From a virus (taxonomy: Duplodnaviria > Caudoviricetes): a stretch of 63,806 nt of DNA. Positions 8,173 through 17,183 of the stretch are shown piece after piece. The stretch is taken from positions 1-63,806 of the IMG/VR virus record IMGVR_UViG_3300009136_000004; one strand, given 5' to 3'. The position numbers were made by a program, and so were the translations under genes. The stretch's first letter is position 1. Each line of letters starts with the position of its first letter. Under the pieces are notes generated by a model. The model ran no database searches and had not been told where the DNA came from. It worked only from the letters and a program-made list of their open reading frames with translations.

Positions 8173-8846
8173 TGGCGAAGGCAACGAACCTCGCTCGCTT
8201 CGTACGCTCTGGCGCTCAGCGACAGTCAGCGATGCTCCGGCGTCTGCGGCAACTTCAGCAGGAGTACGTCGGTGACCTGAACCCCGAAGAGCTTGAAGTG
8301 ATCAAGCAGCATCTGGAGGGTCCGTACCAGAGCATGGACTTCGGATACAAGGGTGCGAAGTACGGCACTCCCGCACTCGGTTCGCAGATGGATGAGATCA
8401 TACGCGGAGCGCCACGAGCTGACGAACCGTTCACTACGTTCAGAGGGACCGGAGAAGACTACATGGTTCCGGATGAAGGCTATCCGATCGTGACGAGCTC
8501 CGACGTTGAACAAGCTACGACATACGGCGAAGGATGGGCTGGAATACCTGAAGGGAAGCAGGGTCTGCTCGGCGAGATTGAAGTGCCTGAGCGTTCACCG
8601 TTCCTAGCTATGCCCGACGACGAGTTCTACCAGAAGCTCACGGGTGAGATCCCTCCGTTCGGTGACGAGTCAGAGCTACTGCTACCGAGCAGCAAGCTGA
8701 AGACCCTGGAGCGATACGAACCAGAAGTTATCTACGAGCATTCCACTCGTGGACCAGACGAGAAGGCACTGAAACTGCTCATTGAGAGATACGAATATAA
8801 ACCACCATACAAGGCTCGTGGAGGACTAGTACATGGCAACGCCTGA
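8172..8846 (+). CDS. Mono-ADP-ribosyltransferase (R-S-ExE class)
   Basis: TFRG (catalytic R), VTSS (STS-like), EIEVP, DESELLLP (ExE) as in VIP2/Alt-like ARTs. Confidence 0.75.
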   Translation: MAKATNLARFVRSGAQRQSAMLRRLRQLQQEYVGDLNPEELEVIKQHLEGPYQSMDFGYKGAKYGTPALGSQMDEIIRGAPRADEPFTTFRGTGEDYMVPDEGYPIVTSSDVEQATTYGEGWAGIPEGKQGLLGEIEVPERSPFLAMPDDEFYQKLTGEIPPFGDESELLLPSSKLKTLERYEPEVIYEHSTRGPDEKALKLLIERYEYKPPYKARGGLVHGNA

Positions 8847-11382
8847 AGAAGTAATGGAGTTCGATGCACAACCGCAGGACGTCACGGATACTGATGACGG
8901 CGGAGCCATCGTGCAGATCGCCGAGGAAGAAGAGACTGAACAGGTCTACGAGTTCTACGATAACATCGTTGAGCAGTTCCCGGAAGAGCAACTGACGAAG
9001 CTCGCAACGAACCTGAAAGAGAGTATCGAGCGCGACAAGAAGGCTCGGGACCGCAGAGACAAAGAGTACGCCGAAGCCATCAAGCGCACTGGACTCGGTA
9101 AGGAAGCTCCAGGTGGCGCAGAGTTTACAGGTGCGAGCAGAGCAGTTCATCCGATGCTCACCGAGTCTTCGGTGGACTATTCCGCTCGCGCTATCAAGGA
9201 GCTCATGCCTCCGAACGGTCCGGTGAAGAGCTACATACCCGGCGAGAACATAACGCCTGACAGGTTCCAGAAGGCTGACCGCGTCAAGAACTATATGAAT
9301 TGGCAGTTCCTCAAGCAGATGAAGGAGTTCCGTCCTGAGCTTGAGCAACTCTTACCTCAGCTCGCCCTATCGGGTAGTCAGTACATCCGTCTGACACCGG
9401 ACTGGTCAAAGCGTAAGACACGTCCTGTTCCAATGTACGTGCCGCAGGATCAAGTCTATATACCGTATAGCGCGAGCAACTTCTACACGGCTCAACGACA
9501 GACATACGCGGAGCCAATCACGAAGGAAGAGTTTGAAGGTCGCGTGAAGGATGGCATGTACCGCGACATCACTCCGCTCGTCAACTCGCAGATGCCAGAA
9601 GAGAGCGAGGCGCAGAAGGCAACGAACAAGGTAGAAGGGAAGAGCGACAACGACTTCTACAACGAGGACGGGACGCGCATAGTATATGAGGTGAGCGTCA
9701 ACACCGACCTGGAAGATGACGGGATGTCACCGTATCTTATTAGCATCGATCAGCCGACCGACAAGATCGTATCCATCGTACGCAACTGGGAAGAGGAAGA
9801 CGAGTACCAGGAGCGGATGCAATGGATGGTTGAGTTCGGCTTCATTCCTTGGCGCGGAGCGTACTCCATTGGTCTCGGTCAGATGATCGGCTCCTTGTCG
9901 GGTGCAGCGACCGGAGCGCTCCGAGCCCTTTTAGACAGCGCTCATGTGAACAACATACCGACGGCCATCAGGCTGAAGGGTGCGAACTTCATGGGTCAAA
10001 CGAAGACGGAGATCCAGGCGACGCAGATCGCAGAGATAGATGGTGGTGTCGCCGGCGATGACATCCGGAAGCTGCTCATGCCGTTGCCGTTCAATCCTCC
10101 GTCTCCTGTGCTGTTCCAACTGCTCGGCTTCTGCGTTGACGCAGGACGCGGAGTGGTTCGTACGACGTTCGAGCAACTGAGCGACGCGAACCCGAACATG
10201 CCAGTCGGTACGACCCTCGCCATGATTGAAGAGGGAATGCAGGTGATGAGCGCCATCCATCTGCGCACGTACCACTCGATGACTATGGTCATTGAGATTC
10301 TGTACCGCATCAACAAGATGTACCTGACGGACGAAGAGGTTGCTGATGAGCTCGGCGAGTTCCTTGCGTACCGATCTGACTTTGAAGGTCCGATGGACGT
10401 CGTGCCTACTGCTGACCCACAAGTCTTCAGTGATGTGCAGCGCCTCGCGCAGCTTCAGATCGTTGCAGACAGAGCAGCCGCGTTCCCGCAACTCTACAAC
10501 CAGAGGATCGTGGAGAAGAGGCTGCTCGAGCGCAGCAAGATACCGAACGCTGAGGAGCTACTGATACCGGAAGACAAGCCGGAGAACGCGAACGCAGTCA
10601 ATGAGAACGCACAGATGGCGCTCAGGCGTCCGGTCACTGCGTTCCCTGAGCAAGAACATCTAGCTCATCTCCAGGTTCACTTGGACTTCCTGCTCAGTAA
10701 GGAGTTCGGGCAGAACATGGCGATCGCACCGATGCTGATGCCACCTATGATTGAGCATCTGAAAGAACATATGGTTCTCTGGTACGTGAACACGAACTAC
10801 GAACTGCTCATGGAAGCAACGGAGTCGGATGATCAAGGTATGGCAGAGATCATGCAGGACCAAGACCCAGAGACACGCAAGGAACTGGACAGGGTACTCG
10901 CAGCAGGTAGTCCGATGGTCATGGAGCGAAGTAGTGAGGTACTCTCTTCGCTTCCGGAGATCATACAACAGACTATCCAGGCGATGCAGCAGTTCCAGCA
11001 GAAGGCTCCGGAGATGCCGGTGGATCCGAACCAGATGGCAGAGATCCAGCGTCGGACTGAAGACGACAAGATGAAGGATGCCACCAGAAGAGAAGAACTG
11101 GCTGGCAAGAAGGAGATTGAGTTCTCCAAACTTTCCGCGGACGAGCGAGAGCAAGCAGTGTCGGCAGCGCAAGAGGAAGCAATGCAAGCTCAGAAGAGGG
11201 CTGCTCGGCTCGAAGAGCTTATGCTTACAGAGCGCGCCGAAGACGAACGCATCGCTACCAAGTTGGCATCAGACGAGCGCAGAAACACTCAGGACAACCT
11301 GACGGCGCTTCAGATAACGGCAGCGGAATTGGAAGCTGGCAACGAAACGAATCTAGAGACCGGAACGGGTATAAATCCTTGA
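8833..11382 (+). CDS. Portal protein with long C-terminal helical extension
   Basis: 849 aa after TerL; HPML...ELMPPNGPVK motif of podovirus-type portals; coiled-coil C-terminus. Confidence 0.85.
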   Translation: MATPEEVMEFDAQPQDVTDTDDGGAIVQIAEEEETEQVYEFYDNIVEQFPEEQLTKLATNLKESIERDKKARDRRDKEYAEAIKRTGLGKEAPGGAEFTGASRAVHPMLTESSVDYSARAIKELMPPNGPVKSYIPGENITPDRFQKADRVKNYMNWQFLKQMKEFRPELEQLLPQLALSGSQYIRLTPDWSKRKTRPVPMYVPQDQVYIPYSASNFYTAQRQTYAEPITKEEFEGRVKDGMYRDITPLVNSQMPEESEAQKATNKVEGKSDNDFYNEDGTRIVYEVSVNTDLEDDGMSPYLISIDQPTDKIVSIVRNWEEEDEYQERMQWMVEFGFIPWRGAYSIGLGQMIGSLSGAATGALRALLDSAHVNNIPTAIRLKGANFMGQTKTEIQATQIAEIDGGVAGDDIRKLLMPLPFNPPSPVLFQLLGFCVDAGRGVVRTTFEQLSDANPNMPVGTTLAMIEEGMQVMSAIHLRTYHSMTMVIEILYRINKMYLTDEEVADELGEFLAYRSDFEGPMDVVPTADPQVFSDVQRLAQLQIVADRAAAFPQLYNQRIVEKRLLERSKIPNAEELLIPEDKPENANAVNENAQMALRRPVTAFPEQEHLAHLQVHLDFLLSKEFGQNMAIAPMLMPPMIEHLKEHMVLWYVNTNYELLMEATESDDQGMAEIMQDQDPETRKELDRVLAAGSPMVMERSSEVLSSLPEIIQQTIQAMQQFQQKAPEMPVDPNQMAEIQRRTEDDKMKDATRREELAGKKEIEFSKLSADEREQAVSAAQEEAMQAQKRAARLEELMLTERAEDERIATKLASDERRNTQDNLTALQITAAELEAGNETNLETGTGINP

Positions 11383-11459
11383 GGATCAAACATCACTCCC
11401 TCGGCACTACTAGGTCATCGAATCAAGTCAGTATTTTTGAAGGCAATTAGGAGAAGAAA

Positions 11460-11624
11460 ATGAGTTATGTCAGACAGCACTATAACCTCGCCACGACAGG
11501 CAAGCTCGGCCAGAAAGCGTCTGGCAAAGCTGCGCAGTCAAGCGCGAAAAAGCCATCTCATTCCGGTGGATCCATGAAGAAGAGTGGGTCGTACGGATCA
11601 CACGGATCGCAGCGAAAAGGCTGA
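11460..11624 (+). CDS. Small basic 54-aa protein (MSYVRQHYNLATTG...)
   Basis: AGGAG RBS; open frame to TGA at 11622; below the ORF track cutoff. Confidence 0.6.
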   Translation: MSYVRQHYNLATTGKLGQKASGKAAQSSAKKPSHSGGSMKKSGSYGSHGSQRKG

Positions 11625-11651
11625 TTGCCCTCGCGCGTATAAAGGTGTAGG

Positions 11652-11849
11652 ATGCAGATTGAACTAGAACTCTACCTGAGAAAGCTCAAGGATATGCAGA
11701 CCGAGTATGCCGATGCTTCACTCCGACAACCGAACGAGAAGACTGCGTTTGGATACGGACAAGTATCGGGGCAGTATCAAGGTCTGTTACTCGCCGAGCA
11801 GTTGTTGAACAACGTGATTGAGGAAGTAGCAAATGACGCAGACAAGTAA
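11652..11849 (+). CDS. Hypothetical protein preceding GroES
   Basis: Helical ORF with YGQVSGQYQGL; overlaps next gene. Confidence 0.6.
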   Translation: MQIELELYLRKLKDMQTEYADASLRQPNEKTAFGYGQVSGQYQGLLLAEQLLNNVIEEVANDADK

Positions 11850-12303
11850 ACTTTCGCTGGCTGATGCTGGTGCAGAACAGCGTACGAAGGCTCCAAGCCT
11901 TGCGTATGAATCTATCGATCAAGCCTTTCCAGAGGTTGATCCAGGCCTCAAGCCGTTCGGGAGTCGGATACTGGTACAAATCCGAACACCGATGAAAGTG
12001 ACACGAGGCGGGATTATCGTTCCAGAAGAATCCCGTGATACTGAGATGTGGAACACTCAGATATCTAAAGTCATCTCGCTAGGACCAGTCGCGTATCGCG
12101 ATCGAGATACCCTTGAACTCTGGCCGGAGGGCGAGTGGGTCAAACCCGGAGCTTTCGTGCGATGCCCTAAGTATGGCGGCGATCGCTGGGAAGTTCCGGT
12201 TCCCAACTCGCAAGACGCAGCACTATTCGTTCTCTTCAACGACATGGAATTGAATGGTGAAATTACCGGCGACCCGTTGGACATGGTTGCCTTTTTGAAG
12301 TAA
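11833..12303 (+). CDS. groES: Co-chaperonin GroES-like protein
   Basis: LKPFGSRILV, TRGGIIVP, VISLGP, KYGG motifs of Cpn10. Confidence 0.85.
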   Translation: MTQTSKLSLADAGAEQRTKAPSLAYESIDQAFPEVDPGLKPFGSRILVQIRTPMKVTRGGIIVPEESRDTEMWNTQISKVISLGPVAYRDRDTLELWPEGEWVKPGAFVRCPKYGGDRWEVPVPNSQDAALFVLFNDMELNGEITGDPLDMVAFLK

Positions 12304-12327
12304 CAGTAGACTGAAGGAGTCTAGAAA

Positions 12328-13326
12328 ATGTCAACAGAAGAAAAAGACGACGACCTGGTCATGGTCGGCGATGGAGTCGAAGAGGGCGAACAGCAAGTTG
12401 CTTCGCCTACAGACGACGATGAGAACCTGGATGCACTGGATGACGGTGATGATGGAGCGGGTGGTGACGACACTCGAGTTGGTGGTGGTGAGCAGGTTGA
12501 CGATGACCGTACTGAAGCTCGTAAGACAGAGCGCAAGACGCGTCGTCAACGGCAGAAGGATGCAAGGGATCGTGATCAGCGCGAGCTAGGCTTCCTTCGT
12601 ACTCGCAACGAACAGCTTGAGAAGAATTACTCCGACCTCAATCGGCGGGTGACTGCCAATGAAACATCACAGATTGACGGGCGCATCAACCAGTTGGACA
12701 ACGCGATACGAAGCGCGGACGATGTCTACGCGAAGGCTATCAGCGCCGGAGAGGGAGATGATGCAGCAGAAGCTCAGCGCATCCGTGATTCCTTGAAGGA
12801 ACAGCGTGATGGACTGCGAGCATACAAGGAACAAGGCGGCTCAGCTCCACCAGAGCAGCAAGGTCCTGACCCCGTTCTCGTTGAGCATGTGCGTACATGG
12901 CACGAGCGAAACAACTGGTTTGACTTCGGTCGTCGTGATGAGGACTCTGCAATCGTTGGAGCTATTGACGATATGATGGTCCGAGACGGCTGGGATCCGC
13001 GGACACCTGAGTACTATGATGAGTTGGACAATCGCGTTGCGCGTCGTCTGCCTCATCTAGCCCAGAAGGGTGGAAGAGGGAATGGTGCTGGCGATGACCA
13101 TGATGATGATCGTGGTGATGATAGAGGAAGTCAGCGAACTGCAAGAGGACCTAAGTTCCGCGTCGGTGGAAGAGAGCGTCCTCTGAAGAGTAATGAGGTC
13201 CACATTAGCCGCGAGCGCCGCGAGGCGATGGAAGAGGCAGGAGTGTGGGATGATCCGGTACTGCGTAAGAACTACCTGAAGAGATACGCAGATTGGGACC
13301 GCGAACACGCAAACGAAAATGCGTAG
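12328..13326 (+). CDS. Probable capsid scaffolding protein
   Basis: Acidic N-terminus, coiled coil, position between portal and capsid. Confidence 0.6.
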   Translation: MSTEEKDDDLVMVGDGVEEGEQQVASPTDDDENLDALDDGDDGAGGDDTRVGGGEQVDDDRTEARKTERKTRRQRQKDARDRDQRELGFLRTRNEQLEKNYSDLNRRVTANETSQIDGRINQLDNAIRSADDVYAKAISAGEGDDAAEAQRIRDSLKEQRDGLRAYKEQGGSAPPEQQGPDPVLVEHVRTWHERNNWFDFGRRDEDSAIVGAIDDMMVRDGWDPRTPEYYDELDNRVARRLPHLAQKGGRGNGAGDDHDDDRGDDRGSQRTARGPKFRVGGRERPLKSNEVHISRERREAMEEAGVWDDPVLRKNYLKRYADWDREHANENA

Positions 13327-13353
13327 CAACTCACTGAATGAGAGGGTGTAACA

Positions 13354-13956
13354 ATGGTTGACAAGAAAGTAGGTAAGACGAGCGCGAGACGGAAGAAAGC
13401 TCCGAGTAAAGCACGGAAGAATAGGGCGGACAGTAATCGTATGTCTGCCAATCAAGAGCGAGTGCTGTCAGACGACGAGCGGTTGGACGAGTTTCGCAAA
13501 TCATTTTTCCAGTCAGTATTACCCGACTTACCACCAATCGAAGGGTATCATGTCTGCTGGCTCACAACTACGAATCCCAGAGATTCTATAGCAGGTCGAG
13601 TGCGTCTAGGTTACTCGCCAATCAAATCGGATGACATTCCCGGGTGGGAACATGCGACTATGAAAGGCGGCGAGTACGTTGGATGTATCGGGGTGAACGA
13701 GATGATCGCATTCAAGCTTCCGATGCATCTCTACGAAGCCTATATGCGTGAAGCGCATCACACTCAACCTCTGTACGAAGAACAGAAGCTCAGCTCTGTC
13801 ATTGACGTTATCCGAGAGGAAGCGGCAGCGGCAGCGAAGAGTGGAGCTCGCGGGATTAAGTTTGAGCTAGAGGAAGGCATGGCTGAACTGGGACAGGACC
13901 TAGATCCTGGCTCTTTCGCCGAGAACCTCGGTGAAGTGGAGAACCAGGAATACTAG
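13354..13956 (+). CDS. Head-module hypothetical protein with basic N-terminus
   Basis: RBS GAGAGG; LPPIEGYHVCWL motif; gene position. Confidence 0.65.
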   Translation: MVDKKVGKTSARRKKAPSKARKNRADSNRMSANQERVLSDDERLDEFRKSFFQSVLPDLPPIEGYHVCWLTTTNPRDSIAGRVRLGYSPIKSDDIPGWEHATMKGGEYVGCIGVNEMIAFKLPMHLYEAYMREAHHTQPLYEEQKLSSVIDVIREEAAAAAKSGARGIKFELEEGMAELGQDLDPGSFAENLGEVENQEY

Positions 13957-13984
13957 GAATGAGTATTTCTGATAGGAGTTTTTC

Positions 13985-14551
13985 ATGTCACAATTAGCTG
14001 CTCCGTTCGGACTGCGACCTTCGTATTCGCCCTCTGGGTGTATACGTCCGGGTCCGCTCGTGGGGATCGCTTCAGGTGCTGCGTTTGATATCTTTCAAAA
14101 CAGTCCTGTCGCGCTCGATACGAACGGTAACTTGGTACTCCCTGCTCCTGGCGCTCGTGCCATCGGTACTTTCCAAGGCGTCGAGTATGACGATCTTGAA
14201 AGCCGTTTTCGAGTCGCTAACAGGTGGGTAGCAAACACCCTCGCAACGAACATTCGCGCGTACTACATCGCGGCACAGGATACCGTTGTCTATGAGATTC
14301 AAGCGAACGCAACACTGACGGCTGCTGCCATCGGTGATCAGTTCGACTGGACCGCAATCACAGGCAACGCGACGACTGGGCTGTCGAGTGTCGCACTCAA
14401 CGTCGCTTCCGCGGCTGGTCCTGGCGGCAACGCTGGTCTGAGAGTGGTCGGGTTGAACCCCGGTCCCGATAATGAGTGGGGCGATCCGTTCCCAGTTGTT
14501 CTCGTTCAAATCTCTGAGCATCAGTTCGTCGCTGATCGCGTCGCAATCTAA
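13985..14551 (+). CDS. Probable minor capsid/cement protein
   Basis: APFGLRP N-terminus, beta-rich, immediately upstream of major capsid gene. Confidence 0.55.
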   Translation: MSQLAAPFGLRPSYSPSGCIRPGPLVGIASGAAFDIFQNSPVALDTNGNLVLPAPGARAIGTFQGVEYDDLESRFRVANRWVANTLATNIRAYYIAAQDTVVYEIQANATLTAAAIGDQFDWTAITGNATTGLSSVALNVASAAGPGGNAGLRVVGLNPGPDNEWGDPFPVVLVQISEHQFVADRVAI

Positions 14552-14563
14552 GGAGGATAAGTT

Positions 14564-15478
14564 ATGGCTGTCCCAATGAGGTCAACGGACTTTCGGTCCG
14601 TCGTAGAGCCTATCCTTAACGAAGTTTTCGATGGGATCTACAACCAACGTGCTGACGAATGGAAGGGATGTTTCAACGAACGTCCTGGCATCGCTCGGTC
14701 TTACCATGAAGAGCCGGTCCTCTATGGATTCGGTGCTGCGCCGGAGTTGCCTGATGGCCTCCCGGTCACGTACCAGTCCGGTGGAGTACTCTTCATTCAG
14801 CGTTACGTCTATCGCGTATACGGTCTCGCCTTCGCCCTGACGAAAGTCTTGGTAGAGGACGGCGATCATATCAAGATCGGCACGATCTACGCTGAGCATC
14901 TCGCTCAGTCCATGATCGAAACGAAAGAGACGCTTTGCGCCAACATCTTCAATCGTGCCTTTAATGGTGCGTTCCCTGGAGGTGACGGTGTGTCTCTCAA
15001 CAACGCTGCTCATCCGATTGCTAACGGTACGTTCAGCAATTTGCTCACGACTGCTGCTGCTCTTTCGCAGACGTCACTTGAGCAGATGCTGATTCAGATC
15101 CGCAACGCAGTCGATAACAACGGCAAGCGTATCCGTCTCACGCCGAAGAAGATTGTTGCAGGTCCATCGCAGATCTTCCAGGCGGAGGTACTGCTGAAGA
15201 GCGTACTTCGAGCCGGTACTGCCAACAACGACATCAACCCGATCAAGTCCATGGGTCTGTTGAGCGACGGGCAAGCAAGTCTTTCCCGCATCACCTCGAC
15301 GACTGCATGGTGGGTCGGTACGGATGCTCCGCGTGGTTTGCAGTTGCTCACACGTCGCAAGATGGAGAAGTCAATGGAAGGCGACTTCGAAACTGACTCC
15401 ATGCGTTACAAGTCGACTGAGCGCTACATCCCGGGTTGGACGGATCCTCGTGGTGTCTACGGTACACCGGGTCTCTAA
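14564..15478 (+). CDS. Major capsid protein (HK97 fold)
   Basis: Strong RBS AAGGAGG; GGDGVSL..AAHP, and ERY..GWTDPRGVYG C-terminus typical of this MCP group; followed by terminator. Confidence 0.85.
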   Translation: MAVPMRSTDFRSVVEPILNEVFDGIYNQRADEWKGCFNERPGIARSYHEEPVLYGFGAAPELPDGLPVTYQSGGVLFIQRYVYRVYGLAFALTKVLVEDGDHIKIGTIYAEHLAQSMIETKETLCANIFNRAFNGAFPGGDGVSLNNAAHPIANGTFSNLLTTAAALSQTSLEQMLIQIRNAVDNNGKRIRLTPKKIVAGPSQIFQAEVLLKSVLRAGTANNDINPIKSMGLLSDGQASLSRITSTTAWWVGTDAPRGLQLLTRRKMEKSMEGDFETDSMRYKSTERYIPGWTDPRGVYGTPGL

Positions 15479-15491
15479 GACCGGCAAGACG

Positions 15492-15524
15492 GAGGAGGGA
15501 GCAGCGACTCCCTCCTCTACTTTT
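15492..15524 (+). terminator. Rho-independent terminator after capsid gene
   Basis: Perfect 10-bp stem GAGGAGGGAG/CTCCCTCCTC, then TACTTTT. Confidence 0.8.
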
Positions 15525-15561
15525 AACTGAAGGACAGCGATCCTTCAACTAGGAGAACAAC

Positions 15562-16278
15562 ATGCCTTTGAACATTTCAGTAACACAGTTCCCCGGTGGA
15601 CTCGGGACCGTTGAAGACAACAACATCCTCAACGGTGTTTCGAACCCACTACCTAACCTTCAGTCGCTCGCGGTTGAAGACTTCAGTGGTGGCGAGAATT
15701 ACCTTGATCACTACACGAACGTCGCCATCACTGGCGCTGCCGTAGCTTCAGTTCTGGCTGCTGCTTCCGGCGTCGTACGGTTCACGACTCCAGGCGTTGC
15801 GGCTCAGGGCAGTGCGCTCGAAGCGAATGCCGCAACGACTCATGTCGACGGTGTCCTGGTATCAGCCGGTATCGCATCGTTTATGGCGGCGAGACTTGCC
15901 ATTGCTGACCCGGTCGCCAACGCATTCCTTCTCGGCTTCGTGCCTGGAGGTTCGGCTCTCGCTCCGGCGGATGGCCTCTACCTGTTCTCAGCGGCAGCGT
16001 CTGGTGACGTCAACCTGATCATCGAGAACAACGGTGCAGCACAGGAATCTCAGCTTGTCGGCACGATGGTCGCTGGTCCTACTGGCTTCATCGACGTCGC
16101 TTTGTACTGGGATGGCATCGTAGCTTCGGCTCAGTTCCCAGGAGGAGGCGGTTCATTCATTCCGGCGGTCGCGAACATTCCGGCGGTCGGTCTTAACGCT
16201 ACTCTCACGATGGTTGAGGGTGCTGGTGGAGCAACTACGTTCGACGTTGACTCTCTCGCCTTCGGTGGTGGCCGATAA
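15562..16278 (+). CDS. Virion structural protein (decoration/lectin-like)
   Basis: Ala/Gly-rich beta-type composition; AGGAG RBS; position. Confidence 0.55.
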   Translation: MPLNISVTQFPGGLGTVEDNNILNGVSNPLPNLQSLAVEDFSGGENYLDHYTNVAITGAAVASVLAAASGVVRFTTPGVAAQGSALEANAATTHVDGVLVSAGIASFMAARLAIADPVANAFLLGFVPGGSALAPADGLYLFSAAASGDVNLIIENNGAAQESQLVGTMVAGPTGFIDVALYWDGIVASAQFPGGGGSFIPAVANIPAVGLNATLTMVEGAGGATTFDVDSLAFGGGR

Positions 16279-16302
16279 GGACCCCACTAAAGGAGAAGCG
16301 TC

Positions 16303-16626
16303 ATGAGACCAGTAAGAGTATCAACATCAGGAGTCAGTGTTTCGCCAGTGATCCCGATTGATCAATACCTGAACCCGACAGACATCGGGCTCGGTGTTGA
16401 CATCACGGCTCCTGCGACGTACACCGTTGAACATACGTTCGATGATGTATTCGCGGAGACGTTCAATCCGGCGACGGCGACTTGGTTCCCTCATCCGACC
16501 CTCGCAGCACTTTCTGCCGATGCAGATGGTAACTATGCGTTTCCTCCGACTGGTGTCAGACTGAACCAGACGGCAGGAGCAGGGTCGGCCATTCTCAATC
16601 TCATCCAAGCAGGAGCAGTATCATGA
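16303..16626 (+). CDS. Small virion structural protein
   Basis: RBS AAGGAG; TYTVEHTFDD beta-sandwich-like motif. Confidence 0.6.
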   Translation: MRPVRVSTSGVSVSPVIPIDQYLNPTDIGLGVDITAPATYTVEHTFDDVFAETFNPATATWFPHPTLAALSADADGNYAFPPTGVRLNQTAGAGSAILNLIQAGAVS

Positions 16627-17180
16627 GCGGCGCTGGAAGCGGCATAGCCGGAAACACTGGTAGCTCTTCATTCGCTGCCTTGGAACTGCTCGCAGATCCT
16701 GTAAGGCTTCAGTCGAAGATAGATTCGCTGAAAGCTGCGGAGGATGCTGCGCGAGAGCAGATAACCCTCGCTGGTCCTGCCAGTGAGATCATGAAAATAC
16801 GCGGAGAGATCGACGGACTGAAGGAGTTGGCAGAAGACAACTATAACGGTGCGAAGGCCGACGCGGAAGCGCTCATGTCACAAGCTCGTGACGATGCAGC
16901 GCAGATCATCTCGAAAGCTCAGGCTGAAGCTGCGGAAGCAGTGGAGGACGCTAAGAAGGTGGTCGAGCAAGCGGACGCGATCAGTAGTGGAGCCAAGACG
17001 GAACACAGTGCGGCTGTTCGTGAACGGGAAGTGGTTGAAGCTCGGAAGAGTGAGCAAGACCATCGGGAAGTAACACTCCAGCAGAAAGCTGATGCACTCG
17101 ATACGCGAGCGCAGGAGCTTGAAGGAGAGAAGGTAGAGCTCGCGGAAGTACGTGAGCTGATCCAGAAAGCACTGGGATAG
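16623..17180 (+). CDS. Coiled-coil protein
   Basis: Ala/Glu/Lys heptad-rich; ATGA overlap. Confidence 0.65.
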   Translation: MSGAGSGIAGNTGSSSFAALELLADPVRLQSKIDSLKAAEDAAREQITLAGPASEIMKIRGEIDGLKELAEDNYNGAKADAEALMSQARDDAAQIISKAQAEAAEAVEDAKKVVEQADAISSGAKTEHSAAVREREVVEARKSEQDHREVTLQQKADALDTRAQELEGEKVELAEVRELIQKALG

Positions 17181-17183
17181 TCT

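Noticed and set aside
11625-11654. TTGCCC-17-TAGGAT promoter
   Set aside because: The -10 overlaps the start codon of the next ORF; too weak to call.
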